Below the pieces are notes generated by a model. That model made no database searches. It had not been told where the DNA came from and saw nothing but the letters and a program-made list of their open reading frames with translations. A DNA stretch of 64,000 nucleotides from assembly GCA_030704615.1 (NCBI GenBank), contig CM060734.1, positions 46,562,001 to 46,626,000 on the forward strand. The letters run 5' to 3'. Positions 62,731 to 64,000 of this stretch are shown here, piece after piece. This DNA comes from Takakia lepidozioides (taxonomy: Eukaryota; Plantae; Bryophyta). The position numbers were made by a program, and so were the translations under genes. Within the stretch, counting starts at the first letter, position 1. Each line of letters begins with the position of its first letter.

Positions 62731-63870
62731 CTACATGCACTAACATACGCCTAATAGAGTTAACATTTCAGGTTCTAACTGTAAACTGGAGACTAGTTCA
62801 CATCCATGAGAAGCTGTAAAGACAGAGAGATAAGCCCTACTAAGGGAAGGACCCAACACAGTCTCTCTAACTCAGCCTCCAAGAGCACTTGTGATCTCAA
62901 TCTAGCTTGGTATGCCTTGAATAGTGCTCATCCTTGACATTTTGGTGGACTGATCCCACATGACTAGAGAAATGAAATGAAATGAAATGGAACCTTATAA
63001 CGTCCGCAGAAAGCTCAGAGAAAGATAAGAAGAAATGCAGAAGAGATGGAGACAATCTTTCATTTAGACAGAAAAACTACATACATTTTGGAAATGAAGC
63101 CGACTTTCAACGAGGAGGAATTTTACCCAACTTTTAACTAGCCTTTAGACTGTCTTCGTGAAAAACAAGGAGGCAGCAATGCTGACCTAACAGGTTAGCT
63201 GGAAGTTCGAGATTGGCAAAGGCTTGCAGGCACCACAACTGATATCTCCATTAGTCAGGATATCTTAAGCTCAAGGAGAAATGAATGAGCGTATGGGACA
63301 AAGAAATAATAACTTCCATAACCAGACCATAGAGCTTGTACGATGGCTGCTAAAAGAAACAGAGAGAAATGAGATAATACTGTATATTGTCCACGGAAAG
63401 CTTGAAGTGCTTATGGGACAATAGAAAGCATGAAACAAGAAAGAGAAATGAAATGAAATGAAATGGTACTTTATAATGTCCACGGAAAGCTCAAAGAGCT
63501 TATGGGACAAAATGGAAAAAAACATGAGAGGAAACAAAAAAAAATACTGCTCAACGGATTGTTTAAGGGTGAAGGCCTCGTCCAGGTCAGCTGCCAAGCA
63601 TTTCTGATCCTCATAGGGGAAGACTTCAGTAAGAGATTGAGTTCCGCAGAATAGACAGTGGAATCTTCCACGGATCTCGTAATATGGAGGGCGATAAAAG
63701 AAGAAGTGTTCTTCAGTTCTTCAGAGAGAGAGGCCCTCCACAAGCATCCCAAAATCAACTATTGCTCAAGGGTTTGTCTAAGAGACATGAAATGGAACTT
63801 CATAATGTCTGTGGAAAGCTCAAAGACCGAGAAACCTTCTCTTTCTAAGAAATGAAATGAAATGAAAGAA
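61636..63870. mobile_element. Cluster of LINE family B tail modules in CLC introns (both orientations)
   Basis: Copies at 61636-61692 (+), 62077-62140 (+), 62968-63020 (-), 63365-63420 (-), 63446-63508 (-) and 63787-63825 (-). Confidence 0.85.
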
Positions 63871-64000
63871 CAAAATCTAGTGATGTCCAAGGGGTACTGA
63901 GGTGGGACAAAGTAGAGAGTAGAGAAGGGTGGGAGGGTGTACTTACGAAGGGCAAGGTTCTGGGTTTGAATTTGCTGAGTCTGTTCCACCATAGTTGCAA

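Noticed and set aside
49347-63870. Repeated hairpin module as a CRISPR array or histone 3' stem-loop
   Set aside because: Copies are dispersed, in both orientations, lack regular spacers and are attached to LINE ORF remnants. There are no cas or histone genes nearby.

Overview
Intron-rich nuclear DNA from a land plant, most likely non-seed (bryophyte- or lycophyte-like, inferred from a PLS-DYW PPR gene, an intron-containing sHSP and a spliced bacterial-type lytic transglycosylase). The first ~12.5 kb is TE-rich: a decayed CACTA/En-Spm transposase and a decayed MULE-like transposase with a SWIM finger. Host genes follow: F-box/kelch (+), S1/P1 nuclease (-), C1D/Rrp47 (-) head-to-head with an HSE-driven small HSP (+), a scrambled RPN5 pseudogene split over both strands and interrupted by a 4.7-kb TSD-flanked LINE, a broken PPR-DYW gene, an NPF/PTR transporter (-), a small conserved plant protein (+), a multi-exon MltB-family lytic murein transglycosylase (+), and the 3' part of a CLC channel (-). 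Many short 3' fragments of two LINE families fill the introns. The most interesting items are the spliced peptidoglycan hydrolase, the rearranged RPN5 locus, the atypical single-ORF LINE, a conserved stem-loop + (CATTT)n retro-module, and a ~465-bp foldback. I found no clearly undescribed multi-gene system. All calls are by eye with no database searches, and exon boundaries are hand-derived.
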